A DNA stretch of 64,000 bases. Origin: Candidatus Bathyarchaeota archaeon. Lineage in GTDB: Archaea > Thermoproteota > Bathyarchaeia > Bathyarchaeales > Bathycorpusculaceae. Below are positions 18,253-29,239 of this stretch, one piece after another (the stretch's first letter is position 1; the number at the start of each line of letters is the position of its first letter). Under the pieces are notes generated by a model. That model saw nothing but the letters and a program-made list of their open reading frames with translations. It ran no database searches and was not told the DNA's origin. The translations under genes were made by a program, and so were the position numbers. The stretch is from the NCBI GenBank assembly GCA_963775465.1, contig CAVZIW010000008.1, forward strand, positions 32,001 to 96,000, given 5' to 3'.

Positions 18253-20889
18253 TTGTTTTTGCTCAATACAAAAAAATGGAGAAATACAAAAATAAGAACA
18301 ATAAAAAATAAAAAAACAACTATTTTGATTGCGTTATTTCTGGTGATTTCTATGGGCGCATCGACTCTTCTACTGCCAAGTACTAGTGCACATACTCCCG
18401 CATGGCAAATTCCAACATGGGCTTTCGTTCAACCTGTTATTGATCCTGTTGGTGTTGGTCAATCAACTTACATCTATATGTGGATCGACAAAACCTTTGG
18501 TACAGACACAGCTTTAACCAACGATTGGAGGTTCCATAACTACAAGCTAACAATCACCAAACCAGATGGAACAACAGAAATCCACACCTTTGAAACAGTT
18601 ATTGACACTACATCATCGCAAAGTTACTCCTACACTCCAGACATGGTTGGTGAGTACAAACTCAAGTTCGAATTCCCAGGACAAGACTACAACACATACA
18701 GTCACAACCCGAATTCAGCATACGTAAACGATACTTTCCTTCCAAGTAGTGCAGAAGCAACCTTAACTGTGCAAGAAGAACAAATACCCACCTTGGGCAG
18801 TTATCCACTTCCAACTGAATATTGGACACGCCCAATATACGGTGAAAACACAGACTCATGGGTAATTGCATCAGACTGGCTCGGCAGCGGCTCTCCGATG
18901 TTCGTTAATTCCAAAAACAGAGTATACGTTCCAGACGGCGTTGGACCTCTCACTCCTCACATTATGTGGACAAAACCAATTGACTCGGGAGGAGTAGTTG
19001 GAGGAAACCACTTCGTAATTCAATCAGACACATACTTTGACGGTTCAGCATACCTCAACCGATTCGTTAACCCAATCATAATGGCTGGAAAACTTTACTA
19101 CAAATCACCTATAGGCTTCCAGAGTGCTGCCGGCGGCCCCCTTAACTGCGTTGACTTACGAACCGGAGAAGTTCTTTGGTCAAACCCAGACATCGGGAGT
19201 CTATCCTTCGGCTACATAGAAGCTATTCATAATCCCCAGCAACACGGAGTTGCTCAACCCATGTTAGTTTCAACCTCTGGAACCACCTGGAGGGTTTATG
19301 ACGGCGACACAGGAACATCAATGTTCAACTTCACTAACGTTCCCAGAGGCGCAGCAGCAATGGGAACAAACGGCGAATACATGCAATATATCATTTACAA
19401 CCAAGGTACATCATCAAACCCCGATTATATCTTACGCGAGTGGAACTCATCACTAGCTTTCTTCCAATATAATGGAGGAATCAGACCAGCTCAATCAGGC
19501 GAATTCGATGTAAGCACCCCGGACTATTACAACTGGAATGTTTCAATACCGTGGCGAAATACAATGCCAAACAATCCAACTATAGTAGCAGCATGGTACA
19601 ATGATATAATGCTCTGCTATAACGGAAGTTTACCCAACAGCGGCTTCACAGGCTTCGGCGGCAACCCTGTAAGACAAGATCCCTACACTTACTTCGCAGT
19701 TGATCTTACATCAGGTCATGAAGGTCAAATACTTTGGATGAAAACCTACGACCCAGCGATAGAAAACATCACTGTCATATCTGGTGGAGCCGATGCAACG
19801 CAAGGAATCTTTGTTGAAAAAATGAAGGAAACCAATCAATGGGTCGCATACAACTTAAGAACAGGCGACAAAATGTGGGGTCCAGTGGGTGACCAACCCG
19901 CTCTTGACTACTACGGCAACCCAGGACACGAACAAGTATTCGCTTTCATCGCCTACGGCAACGTCTATGCCAGTGGCTATGGTGGAATAATATTCTGCTA
20001 CGACGGATTAACTGGAGACCTAAAATGGAGCTACGGTAATGGAGGACCAGGAAACACCACCAACAGTGGTTTCGCAGTACCCGGCCACTATCCAACATCA
20101 ATAAACGCAATTGCCAACGGAGTACTATACACCGTTACAACAGAACACACAATCCAAACCCCAATCTACAAAGGCGCATTATGCCGCGCAATTAACGCAA
20201 CCACTGGAGAAGAAATTTGGACTCTTTCAGCCAATGTCGCTGAATTCAACAACATGAACTATGCTTTAGCAGATGGCTTTTCAACATGGTTCAACAGCTA
20301 CGACAACCAAATCTATAGCGTTGGCAGAGGACCCAGCGCAATGACAATTAGCGCATCGCCAAAAGTGACCACGCTAAGCAACAGTGTGCTGATAGAAGGC
20401 ACAGTTACTGACATCGCCGCAGGCACAAAACAAAACGAGCAAGCAGCACGATTCCCCAACGGTGTACCAGCAGTAGCTGACGAAAGCATGAGCGACTGGA
20501 TGCGATACATATACATGCAGGGACCACGCCCAACTGATGCGACAGGCGTTCCAATTACAATTAGTGTAGTGGATGCTAACGGTAACTACAGAGACATTGG
20601 AACAACAACAAGCGATGCTGATGGATTCTTTAGCTTTAATTGGATGCCCGACATAGACGGTAAATACACTGTTTATGCGTCCTTTGGAGGATCTGAAGGT
20701 TACTGGCCTTCACATGCTGTAACCGCATTTGCAGTCGACCCAGCAGCAGCAACACCCGCACCAACCGAAGGTATTCAGACAGGTCTCGCAACCACTGCAG
20801 ATCTAATGATGTTCCTAGCAATCGGAGTTATCGCTATAATCATCGCAATAGCAATAGTTGGATTACTTATTCTCAGAAAAAGACCGTAA
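18253..20889 (+). CDS. Secreted PQQ-binding-like beta-propeller cell-surface protein with C-terminal TM anchor
   Basis: Signal peptide; repeated D..TG...W blades; PLPTEYWTRPI and ARFPNGVPAVAD..M..WM.Y.YMQ motifs; C-terminal TM plus RKRP; true start uncertain. Confidence 0.85.
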   Translation: MFLLNTKKWRNTKIRTIKNKKTTILIALFLVISMGASTLLLPSTSAHTPAWQIPTWAFVQPVIDPVGVGQSTYIYMWIDKTFGTDTALTNDWRFHNYKLTITKPDGTTEIHTFETVIDTTSSQSYSYTPDMVGEYKLKFEFPGQDYNTYSHNPNSAYVNDTFLPSSAEATLTVQEEQIPTLGSYPLPTEYWTRPIYGENTDSWVIASDWLGSGSPMFVNSKNRVYVPDGVGPLTPHIMWTKPIDSGGVVGGNHFVIQSDTYFDGSAYLNRFVNPIIMAGKLYYKSPIGFQSAAGGPLNCVDLRTGEVLWSNPDIGSLSFGYIEAIHNPQQHGVAQPMLVSTSGTTWRVYDGDTGTSMFNFTNVPRGAAAMGTNGEYMQYIIYNQGTSSNPDYILREWNSSLAFFQYNGGIRPAQSGEFDVSTPDYYNWNVSIPWRNTMPNNPTIVAAWYNDIMLCYNGSLPNSGFTGFGGNPVRQDPYTYFAVDLTSGHEGQILWMKTYDPAIENITVISGGADATQGIFVEKMKETNQWVAYNLRTGDKMWGPVGDQPALDYYGNPGHEQVFAFIAYGNVYASGYGGIIFCYDGLTGDLKWSYGNGGPGNTTNSGFAVPGHYPTSINAIANGVLYTVTTEHTIQTPIYKGALCRAINATTGEEIWTLSANVAEFNNMNYALADGFSTWFNSYDNQIYSVGRGPSAMTISASPKVTTLSNSVLIEGTVTDIAAGTKQNEQAARFPNGVPAVADESMSDWMRYIYMQGPRPTDATGVPITISVVDANGNYRDIGTTTSDADGFFSFNWMPDIDGKYTVYASFGGSEGYWPSHAVTAFAVDPAAATPAPTEGIQTGLATTADLMMFLAIGVIAIIIAIAIVGLLILRKRP

Positions 20890-21183
20890 AAAAACACACC
20901 CTTTCCTTTTTTTTATTTTTATTACATTCGGAAAAATAGGGCTGATAAGACCTATGGTTAGATTTCACAAATAGCTATAGCTATTGAAAGAGTTTGCATT
21001 TTCTTTTTTCTCCTTTGTTCGATCCAAGCTCCAGCAAACCTTATTCTCAAATTATCTATTTTTAACCTTGCTAATAGGGTTAAAGCGCGTAAATTAAAGT
21101 GATTCAACTTTTTTGAAATTGCCCTTTTATTGCGGAGCGATATTTTTTTATTCAACAAAAACACTCGTGTTCTAGGTGATTTT

Positions 21184-21684
21184 TTGGATTTTTTTGAGAC
21201 AATTAGGAACAGAAGAAGTATTCGAAAATATGAAGACAAAAACGTGGAAAATGAAAAAGTGCAGAAAGTTTTGGAAGCTGCACGACTTGCCCCTTCTGCT
21301 ATGAATCGCCAACCTTACCAGCTATATGTAGTTTCAAACAAAGAGATTCTTGCCAGAATAAATTCTGCCTGCAATCAAGATTGGAAGGCGCCTATAATGA
21401 TTGCTATGGTTTCCTCACCCAAGGAGGCTTGGGTTCGAGATGATGGTGAGACATTTTGGAAGGCTGATGCTGCTATAGCGATGAATCAAATTTCGTTGGC
21501 TGCTTATGCAGAAGGGTTGGGAACTTGCTGGATTGCAGCATTTAAGGAAAATGAGGTAAAAGATATCTTGGGCATAGATTCTAGTTATCGGGTTCTCTTG
21601 CTGTCGCCTTTGGGTTACCCTGCAGAAAATAAAGGAGCAGTAACAAACAGGAAAACAATAGATTCCCTAGTTCGATATGTTTAA
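21184..21684 (+). CDS. Nitroreductase family protein
   Basis: RRSIRKY, AARLAPSAMNRQP, GLGTCWI; GGTGA SD before TTG 21184. Confidence 0.92.
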   Translation: MDFFETIRNRRSIRKYEDKNVENEKVQKVLEAARLAPSAMNRQPYQLYVVSNKEILARINSACNQDWKAPIMIAMVSSPKEAWVRDDGETFWKADAAIAMNQISLAAYAEGLGTCWIAAFKENEVKDILGIDSSYRVLLLSPLGYPAENKGAVTNRKTIDSLVRYV

Positions 21685-21798
21685 CATTGGTTTTCTCTTC
21701 CAATATGCATTACGAATGGTACGCTTATTACCAAGATCTGTTGAAAATGAGGTTGATGCATGAGTTCCCAATTAAGAGGCAATAGATCTCTAAAGTAT

Positions 21799-22260
21799 AT
21801 GCCCATTAATGAGCTTGAGAAACGTATTATTGAATTTCTCGAAGGGCAGAACATGTGTGTCCTTGCAACATGCAGCAACGACGTTCCGCGAGCGACTCCA
21901 ATTGAGTACCACTCAAAAGGAATCACAATTTATTTCGTGGGTGAACCAGGCATAAAATTAAAGAATTTAAGGCGTAATCCGAAAGTTAGCATTGGCATTT
22001 TTCACCCATACGTAGGTTGGGACAGTGCCAAAGGCGCTCAAATCAGCGGAAATGCAAAGATACTCTCAAGAAAGAATTCTGTCGAATTTAAAGAAGGCTT
22101 GGACGCATATCAATGGGAAAAAACTGCAAAGGAACTTGGCCTTAAGGTATTTCCCGAAACTGGGGTAGAATTAGTAAGAATTGAGCCTAAAAAAATTGAA
22201 TTCATTGATATGTCTTTCAAAAAAATGGGCTACAGCCCTCGGCAAATACTCAAGTGTTAA
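21799..22260 (+). CDS. Pyridoxamine 5'-phosphate oxidase-like FMN-binding protein
   Basis: CVLATC...PRATP, K..NL..NPKVS. Confidence 0.85.
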   Translation: MPINELEKRIIEFLEGQNMCVLATCSNDVPRATPIEYHSKGITIYFVGEPGIKLKNLRRNPKVSIGIFHPYVGWDSAKGAQISGNAKILSRKNSVEFKEGLDAYQWEKTAKELGLKVFPETGVELVRIEPKKIEFIDMSFKKMGYSPRQILKC

Positions 22261-23150
22261 ACGTTTTATGGAATTTGTTTTACTTAGACTCTAAAGCCTC
22301 TTTTCTTTTTTTATTGACGCTTAAAATGGCCAGTAATCAAATGATGTCTATTAGAGCGCGTTGAAAACAAGAAAAATGGAAAAGAAATGGTTGACAACAA
22401 ACTGCAATAAAATACATCACCAGCCACTTTGCTTTTGTTCTAAAACTTAGTTATTGTTTACTTTCTTTCTTCAAGAACATAAAGTTGTCTTTTTAACACA
22501 CTTACTCGAATCTAACTTCTAACAATTTTTTTTCTTCTGGGTCCAGTAACACTTTTGCATTAAAGTTATTGCCATATGCTTCAAAGATTTGTTTGGTTCG
22601 GCAAATCTTATATCAACTTTCACTCGAAATAACGTATTGAGAGTACGCAAGATGCTAAGAAAGCAGATTTTAGGACTTTTCTTAGTCTCCATCGCATGGT
22701 TTGTTCTAGCTGGGTCATTTTTATCGCGTACACCTACGAACAAACAACTATTGGAACTATGCCAGGAGTTGTACTTGACGGCGTCCAAATCAATCAACCC
22801 GTATACAATGAAGCAATCACAACCCATCCAAAGAATACACATTGCCTCTGATTATGTTTAGCGTTGCATTGTTTATTGCTGGTTTTGTACTTTATTTTCT
22901 TCGTTTACATGATTGATCTTTGACAAAATAATGTCTCTCAAAGACAGACAACTAAAGAAGGGGATTGGATATTTTATTTTTTGACCAATAGTTTAACGTG
23001 AGGGACTTATATGCTCTTTTAGAAATGTTCGTGGAAAGACTTAGCAGTGTCTTGATATATCTCAATACTGCATGGGCAATAGCCGATTGGTTATATCTAT
23101 AGTCAGAACGCTTTTATAGTCAACTTTTCAGAGTTGTACCGGTGATATTT

Positions 23151-23444
23151 TTGTCGAATTTTGTAATTTTAGGGAACTGGACCGATCAAGGCATAAAAAA
23201 TGTTGCAGAACTTCCGGAAAGACTCAAGCAAAGTAGAAAAATGATTGAAAACGCCGGTGGAAAAATGCAGTATTTCACAACCATGGGGAAATATGATTTT
23301 GTGGTTGTAGTTGAAATCCCCAAGGATGAAGACATGGCAGCAATTGCTTTGTGCACAGGCAGCATGGGAAACATCCGCACGACAACTATGAAGGCATGGA
23401 CAGAGGCGGAAACAACAAAGCTACTCACGGCGCCTCATGCTTAA
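23151..23444 (+). CDS. GYD domain protein
   Basis: WTDQGIK, TMGKYDFV, GNIRTTTMKA. Confidence 0.85.
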   Translation: MSNFVILGNWTDQGIKNVAELPERLKQSRKMIENAGGKMQYFTTMGKYDFVVVVEIPKDEDMAAIALCTGSMGNIRTTTMKAWTEAETTKLLTAPHA

Positions 23445-23501
23445 CCTCAACTTCTTACCTTTCTTTTTTTCCTTCTGTATTTTGCCTGTGCACCTTTAAC
23501 T

Positions 23502-24035
23502 TTACCATTTTTCGTAATGAACAATTTCTTTGAGAGGTTTTCTTTTAGCACTTCCGATTACAGTCTTTATGAGTTTGCTACCGACACCCTCTTTTTCTGC
23601 GGGGTAACCTAAAGGCGTCATCGCCACAACCTTGATGTTTTCCGGGACTTGTAGAGCCTTTTTGACTTTAGCTTCATCAAAAGCGCCAATCCAGCATGTT
23701 CCGAGATCCAAATTGGTTGCCGTCAAAACCAACTGCTGCATTGCTATGCCCACATCCACAAGGAAATATTTCATGCCGTTGCGATCACCTGAATCTTTCG
23801 GATCAGCGCAAGCAACAACCACAACGGGTGCCTGCTTAAGCCAGCCAAAGCTTCCCGACAGTTCTTGAATTTTGGTTTTGTCTTTAACAACTATATACTT
23901 GCAACATTGTTTGTTTGCCCATGACGGAGCCAACCTTGCAGCCTCAAGGACTTTTAAGAGCTTTTCTTCTTCAACTGGTTTATCCGCGTATCCGCGAACG
24001 CTTTTCCTTGCAGATATGACCTCAATAAAATCCAT
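23502..24035 (-). CDS. Nitroreductase family protein
   Basis: RKSVRGY, AARLAPSWANKQ, LGTCWIGAF, PLGYP. Confidence 0.92.
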   Translation of the reverse strand: MDFIEVISARKSVRGYADKPVEEEKLLKVLEAARLAPSWANKQCCKYIVVKDKTKIQELSGSFGWLKQAPVVVVACADPKDSGDRNGMKYFLVDVGIAMQQLVLTATNLDLGTCWIGAFDEAKVKKALQVPENIKVVAMTPLGYPAEKEGVGSKLIKTVIGSAKRKPLKEIVHYEKW

Positions 24036-24201
24036 AAATATTCCTCATAAACAACTAAAATAACAATCTTAAAAAGATTCATTTCTTGAAACGAGATTGC
24101 TTCCAAAAATTGGTTTCCAAAGAAATCGCTGATTTAGATATCCATGGATCAAAAAGGATATTAATAGAAACCTAAGACCTCAACTTAGGAGAAAAATCAA
24201 T

Positions 24202-24516
24202 ATGCCCTTTTGTAATAAATGTGGAAATGAGATATCTGAAGGCATGAAGTTCTGCCCAAATTGCGGAACTCCCGTTGGAATGGAGGAAGAGAGTTTTTCT
24301 GTTTCTTCCGAGGACTTAGTTCAGAAAGTTAAAGAGTTGTTTCACGAAGGAAATGTTCGGCGCATAACCATAAAAAGTGAAGAGGGTAAAACTCTGCTTG
24401 ACATTCCTGTTACGGTCGGCGTCATAGGAATTGTCCTAGTTCCCTGGTTAGCCGCGATAGGGGTTATAGCTGCTTTAGCCACGAATTGTACTATAGTTGT
24501 TCAAAGGCAGAAATGA
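24202..24516 (+). CDS. Zinc-ribbon plus DUF4342-like domain protein
   Basis: FCNKCG...FCPNCG ribbon; VKELFHEGNVRRI.IK...LLDIPVT.G. Confidence 0.82.
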   Translation: MPFCNKCGNEISEGMKFCPNCGTPVGMEEESFSVSSEDLVQKVKELFHEGNVRRITIKSEEGKTLLDIPVTVGVIGIVLVPWLAAIGVIAALATNCTIVVQRQK

Positions 24517-24960
24517 GCTTAAACAGCTCTGTGCTGATGTAGCGTAGATTTTGATCATGCTAATTCTCGAAAGCTTTGTTTCAATCGTCAACAAAAGGTA
24601 GGCTTCGTAAAACGGATAGACCGAATTTCGTGGCACAATGTAAGGCAGACGCTGTGGGGTCGGTTATGTCAGTTTCAATGATTAGATCTCATTGAAATAT
24701 TTCTTAGCATTACAAACGACAAGATCTGAATTTTCTAGCACTAGTGAGATAACCTACTTTGAATATCTTGCAAAAGTTGTTTGCGATTAGAATTAGTTTT
24801 TTGTAAAGTGTTTTTTCACTAGTATAAAGAAGGAAATTAAAGGTAAATTTCTAACATGTTTGTTTTTTGAATATCGTCGAAAAACAATATAGCTTAAATC
24901 ACTTTATGCTAACCTTTGGTACCTTCGAAATTTCAAACTATATTAGAAAAGGCAAAGAGA

Positions 24961-25977
24961 ATGAGCAAGCTAAAATCATTAATTTCCGGAATCATTTTTT
25001 GTCTTGCTGTCTCCGTGCCAGCATGGCTTTTAGGCAATTACTTTGTTGTCATCGGAGGACCGATTTTCGGAATGTTATTTGGAATAGCACTTCGAGTCGC
25101 TTATCCTAATGTTCTAACCCGATTTAGTTCAGGCGTTAAATTCACCTCTCGAACGCTTCTGCAAATATCCATTATTCTTCTGGGGTTTGGAATGAACTTG
25201 TTTCTAGTTTTCCAAGTTGGCAGCCAATCACTTTTTGTTATGCTTTTTACTTTGTCTACCGCTTTTTTTGTGGCTTTCTTTGTGGGTAAAGTGCTGAAAA
25301 TTAATGGAAAAACAACAACGTTGATCGGTGTAGGGACAGCTATTTGCGGAGCTTCAGCCGTTGCAGCTGCTGCTCCTGCGGTCAGAGCGAACGACACTGA
25401 TATAGCTCATGCCATATCAACAATATTTCTTTTTAATGTAATTGCAGTGTTTATTTTTCCTGCTTTAGGTCACCTACTGGGTATGAATGACACGGGTTTT
25501 GGAATATGGGCAGGAACAGCAATAAATGACACTTCGTCGGTTGTTGCTGCAGCAGCTTCTTGGAGTGCATCCGCTGGAAATAACGTCGCTTTGGCTTTTG
25601 CAACAATTGTTAAACTTACAAGAACATTAATGATTATTCCAATAACTTTTGCACTGGCCGTTGTTACATCAAGAAAAACCAGGACATGTGAGAAGAGAGC
25701 TTCGTTCAATTTGTTTAAAGTTTTTCCGTGGTTTATTATAGGATTCATTTTAGCGGCAGTTATCAACACGTTTGTGGGCTTCTCTTCAAATATCTCTATT
25801 TTGCTTTTTGACGTTGGAAAATTCATGATCATTATGGCGATGATGGCAATAGGACTGAATACAAATGTGAAAAGTCTGCTTACTAATGGATTCAAACCCA
25901 TACTTCTGGGACTTTGTTGCTGGTTTGCTGTTGCAGGGGTGTCACTGTTTGTTCAATTCTTCATGAGGCCATTATAA
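24961..25977 (+). CDS. YeiH / putative sulfate exporter (UPF0324) membrane protein
   Basis: LIGVGTAICGASA, GIWAGTAINDTSSVVAA, IVKLTR, FPWFIIGF. Confidence 0.9.
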   Translation: MSKLKSLISGIIFCLAVSVPAWLLGNYFVVIGGPIFGMLFGIALRVAYPNVLTRFSSGVKFTSRTLLQISIILLGFGMNLFLVFQVGSQSLFVMLFTLSTAFFVAFFVGKVLKINGKTTTLIGVGTAICGASAVAAAAPAVRANDTDIAHAISTIFLFNVIAVFIFPALGHLLGMNDTGFGIWAGTAINDTSSVVAAAASWSASAGNNVALAFATIVKLTRTLMIIPITFALAVVTSRKTRTCEKRASFNLFKVFPWFIIGFILAAVINTFVGFSSNISILLFDVGKFMIIMAMMAIGLNTNVKSLLTNGFKPILLGLCCWFAVAGVSLFVQFFMRPL

Positions 25978-26112
25978 GCAGTACTGTTTATAGTTGCCGT
26001 GGTATTTTTCGAACACGCAATTTTTTAACAATTTAAACTTTTAGTTTAGAACCTAAAGGAAAACTAATTATTCCTCAAGGAGTCTTTTTTTCTAGACGAG
26101 GTTTTTGTTTGT

Positions 26113-27885
26113 ATGTTTGTCAAAGATCCTGTTTGTGGAATGCCTTTAGATTCATCCACAGCTCAGTTTACAGCTAATTTTTTGTCTAAGCAATATTATT
26201 TTGACAGCGAGTATTGCTTAAGCAGCTTTATAGAAGGCGCCAAAATTGCTTATTTTTCCATGGAAATCGGCATGAACTCCGCAATTCCGACTTACAGTGG
26301 AGGACTAGGGGTTCTTGCCGGAGATGTGATTAGATCAAGTGCAGATTTAAGAATTCCCTTAGTTGCAGTAACGTTGATCAGCAAGAAAGGTTACCTCAAG
26401 CAAAAAATTTCCGCCGACGGATGGCAAATCGAATTTCCTGAAGAGTGGGATCCTTCAGATTATATGAAACTGTTACCAGAAACTGCGAACGTCAAGATTG
26501 GTGGGCGAGATGTAAAAATCGGTGTATGGGTTTATGAGCAAGAGAGCTTAACGGGTGGAACTATTCCTGTGCTGTTCCTCACGACTGATGTTGAAGGGAA
26601 CTCTCAAGAGGATAGGGAAATTACAGATTTCCTCTATGGAGGCGACGAAAAATACAGATTGAAGCAAGAAATTGTGTTGGGTATAGGTGGGTTACGTATT
26701 CTAGACGCGCTGAAAGTTAATGTTAAGAAATATCATATGAATGAGGGTCATAGCAGCCTCCTTACCCTTGAACTTTTAAAGAACAACGATTTGAACGCTG
26801 ACAAAGTAAAAAACCAATGTGTCTTCACAACTCACACTCCTGTAGCTGCCGCATTTGACAAATTCTCCTATGACTTCCTTTTGAAAATTCTGGAAACAGA
26901 AGTACCTGAAGAAAAATTGAAAGAATATGGCGGAACTGACAAATTAAACATGACTCTTCTGGCGTTAAACTTGAGCAAATATACAAACGGTGTAACAGAA
27001 GCACATATGGAATACTCTAGAAAACTCTTTCCAGGATATCATATACAGGAAATAACCAACGGTGTTCATTCCTACACCTGGACATGTTCACAGTTTAGAC
27101 GACTTTTTGACAAATGTATTCCCAGATGGGCCAACGAGCCTGAGCTTCTTGTAAGAGTTGACACCATTACAGATGAGGAGTTGTGGGAAGCACACATTGA
27201 AGCAAAGCACGAATTGCTCGATTTTGTTCACAGTAGTTCGGGGTTGCAACTGGATACTGATGCTTTGACTTTAGGTTTTGCGAGGAGAGCAACAGAGTAC
27301 AAAAGAGCGACAATGATTTTCTCAGATTTGGAAAAGCTTAAAGAAGTTAACAGCCGAGGTAAGATCCAGCTGATTTTTGCTGGAAAGGCTCATCCAAAAG
27401 ACGAGCTGGGGAAGAAACTCATCCAAGAAATTTACGAGTACAAAACTCGTTTGAAAGACGAAATCCAAATAGTTTATCTTGAGAATTACAACATGGGGAT
27501 AGCGCAAAAATTAACTTCAGGTGTTGACGTTTGGCTAAATACGCCTATGCCGCCTATGGAAGCTTCTGGAACAAGCGGAATGAAGGCAGCACATAATGGA
27601 GTAATCAACTTTAGCGTTTTAGATGGATGGTGGATAGAAGGCTGTGTTGAAGGTCTTACAGGGTGGGCGATAGGCCCATCGCCTGATCAAGTGCTTAGTG
27701 AAGATAAAAGAAGAAAAAGAGAAATCGCCGATATTTACAGTAAGCTGGAATACGTAATTATTCCAAAATTCTACCAAGAACGCGACAGTTGGATAAGCTT
27801 AATGAGAAACTCTATAGGCAAAGTAGCGTATTACTTTAATACGCATCGAATGATGCGAAGATACGCAACAGACGCATATTTGTAA
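26113..27885 (+). CDS. glgP: Alpha-glucan phosphorylase with N-terminal YHS domain
   Basis: AYFSMEIG, YSGGLGVLAGD, HMNEGH, FARRATEYKR, EASGTSGMK; N-terminal KDPVCGM...YYFDSEYC. Confidence 0.93.
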   Translation: MFVKDPVCGMPLDSSTAQFTANFLSKQYYFDSEYCLSSFIEGAKIAYFSMEIGMNSAIPTYSGGLGVLAGDVIRSSADLRIPLVAVTLISKKGYLKQKISADGWQIEFPEEWDPSDYMKLLPETANVKIGGRDVKIGVWVYEQESLTGGTIPVLFLTTDVEGNSQEDREITDFLYGGDEKYRLKQEIVLGIGGLRILDALKVNVKKYHMNEGHSSLLTLELLKNNDLNADKVKNQCVFTTHTPVAAAFDKFSYDFLLKILETEVPEEKLKEYGGTDKLNMTLLALNLSKYTNGVTEAHMEYSRKLFPGYHIQEITNGVHSYTWTCSQFRRLFDKCIPRWANEPELLVRVDTITDEELWEAHIEAKHELLDFVHSSSGLQLDTDALTLGFARRATEYKRATMIFSDLEKLKEVNSRGKIQLIFAGKAHPKDELGKKLIQEIYEYKTRLKDEIQIVYLENYNMGIAQKLTSGVDVWLNTPMPPMEASGTSGMKAAHNGVINFSVLDGWWIEGCVEGLTGWAIGPSPDQVLSEDKRRKREIADIYSKLEYVIIPKFYQERDSWISLMRNSIGKVAYYFNTHRMMRRYATDAYL

Positions 27886-27916
27886 TTGTATCTCAAAAAA
27901 TCGTGTGTGAAAGAAA

Positions 27917-29239
27917 ATGGGCATTTTTAGAGCCTATGACATTAGAGGAATTTACGGCAAAGATTTAACAGAAGACATCATGACTCGCATAGGTGAAGCT
28001 GCAGGAACCCTATATTCTGGCACTTTTACGGTCGGACGGGATTTCAGAGAGCATGGAGCTAAACTTGAGAATGCATTCATTTTAGGATTGAAAAAAACGG
28101 GGTCAAATGCAGTTCTACTCGGACCTTGCCCTGCAAGTCTTTGTGTCTTTGCCAACTGGAAAATGGAGAATAATGCGACAGCTTATATAACCGCGTCTCA
28201 TCTGCCAGCGGAGTGGAACGGCGTTAAATTCTTCCATGAAAACGGAGTCGGTTTTTTCGAAGATGAAAACAAAAAACTGGGCGAGATAAGCTCCTCAAAA
28301 ATTTTTAAAATAGGGACAGGAACAACAAGAAAACTTGAAGGAATGGACGTCGAATACGCTAATTTCATTGCTGAAAAAATAAAACCTGCAAGAATAACTG
28401 TAGTCGCCGACTTCGGAAACGGGGCGGCATGTCTATTGGTGCCTAAAATACTCAAGAAAATAGGAGTCAAAGCCACTTTCCTTTTTGATTGGCCCGACCC
28501 AAAATTCTCGAATAGAGACCCTGAACCGAAACCAGAATCGCTAACCGCTCTGTGTGACAAAGTTGTTATGCAGAAGGCCGATCTTGGAATAGCATTTGAT
28601 GGCGATGGCGACAGAGCTATTTTCGTCGATGACACAGGCAAGGTCATTAGAACTGAGCAAAGCGCGATCCTCTTCATTAGAGACATAATGAAAACTCAAA
28701 GAGGACCTGTAGTCGCCAACATTGAATGCTCAGACATTATAGAGGATGAGGTTAAGAAATATGGGGAACAGGTGTTTCGAGTACCAGTTGGCCACACTTT
28801 TTTGGTGCAGGAAACCAAAAAACATAAAGCTGTAATTGGTATTGAAGAATCTGGGCACATTTGTGTTCCAAAGTTCTATTGGTTCGATGATGCAATAATA
28901 AACAGTATGTACATGGCAGAAATCGTCTCAAAAATGGGGCAGAAACTGTCAGAAGTCGTGAAAGAGCTACCATCAAGGCTTTTCAAAAGAATCGAAATAA
29001 AGAGCTCTGACGAATCAAAGTTTCATGTTATCAATAAGGTAAAAGAAAAAGCAATGGAAACTTACAGAAACCTAAATACCCTTGACGGTGTCAAAATTGT
29101 TTTATCAGATTCGTGGGCTCTGATCAGAGCATCAAACACATCACCAATACTACGTTTATCGATCGAAGCAAGAGATCAAAAAAGGCTTGATGAACTCGAG
29201 AGTGAAATGAGAAAACTAATAGAGAGTGTCGATGAATGA
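27917..29239 (+). CDS. Phosphomannomutase/phosphoglucomutase
   Basis: FRAYDIRG, TASH, FDGDGDR, EESGH, IRASNT. Confidence 0.93.
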   Translation: MGIFRAYDIRGIYGKDLTEDIMTRIGEAAGTLYSGTFTVGRDFREHGAKLENAFILGLKKTGSNAVLLGPCPASLCVFANWKMENNATAYITASHLPAEWNGVKFFHENGVGFFEDENKKLGEISSSKIFKIGTGTTRKLEGMDVEYANFIAEKIKPARITVVADFGNGAACLLVPKILKKIGVKATFLFDWPDPKFSNRDPEPKPESLTALCDKVVMQKADLGIAFDGDGDRAIFVDDTGKVIRTEQSAILFIRDIMKTQRGPVVANIECSDIIEDEVKKYGEQVFRVPVGHTFLVQETKKHKAVIGIEESGHICVPKFYWFDDAIINSMYMAEIVSKMGQKLSEVVKELPSRLFKRIEIKSSDESKFHVINKVKEKAMETYRNLNTLDGVKIVLSDSWALIRASNTSPILRLSIEARDQKRLDELESEMRKLIESVDE

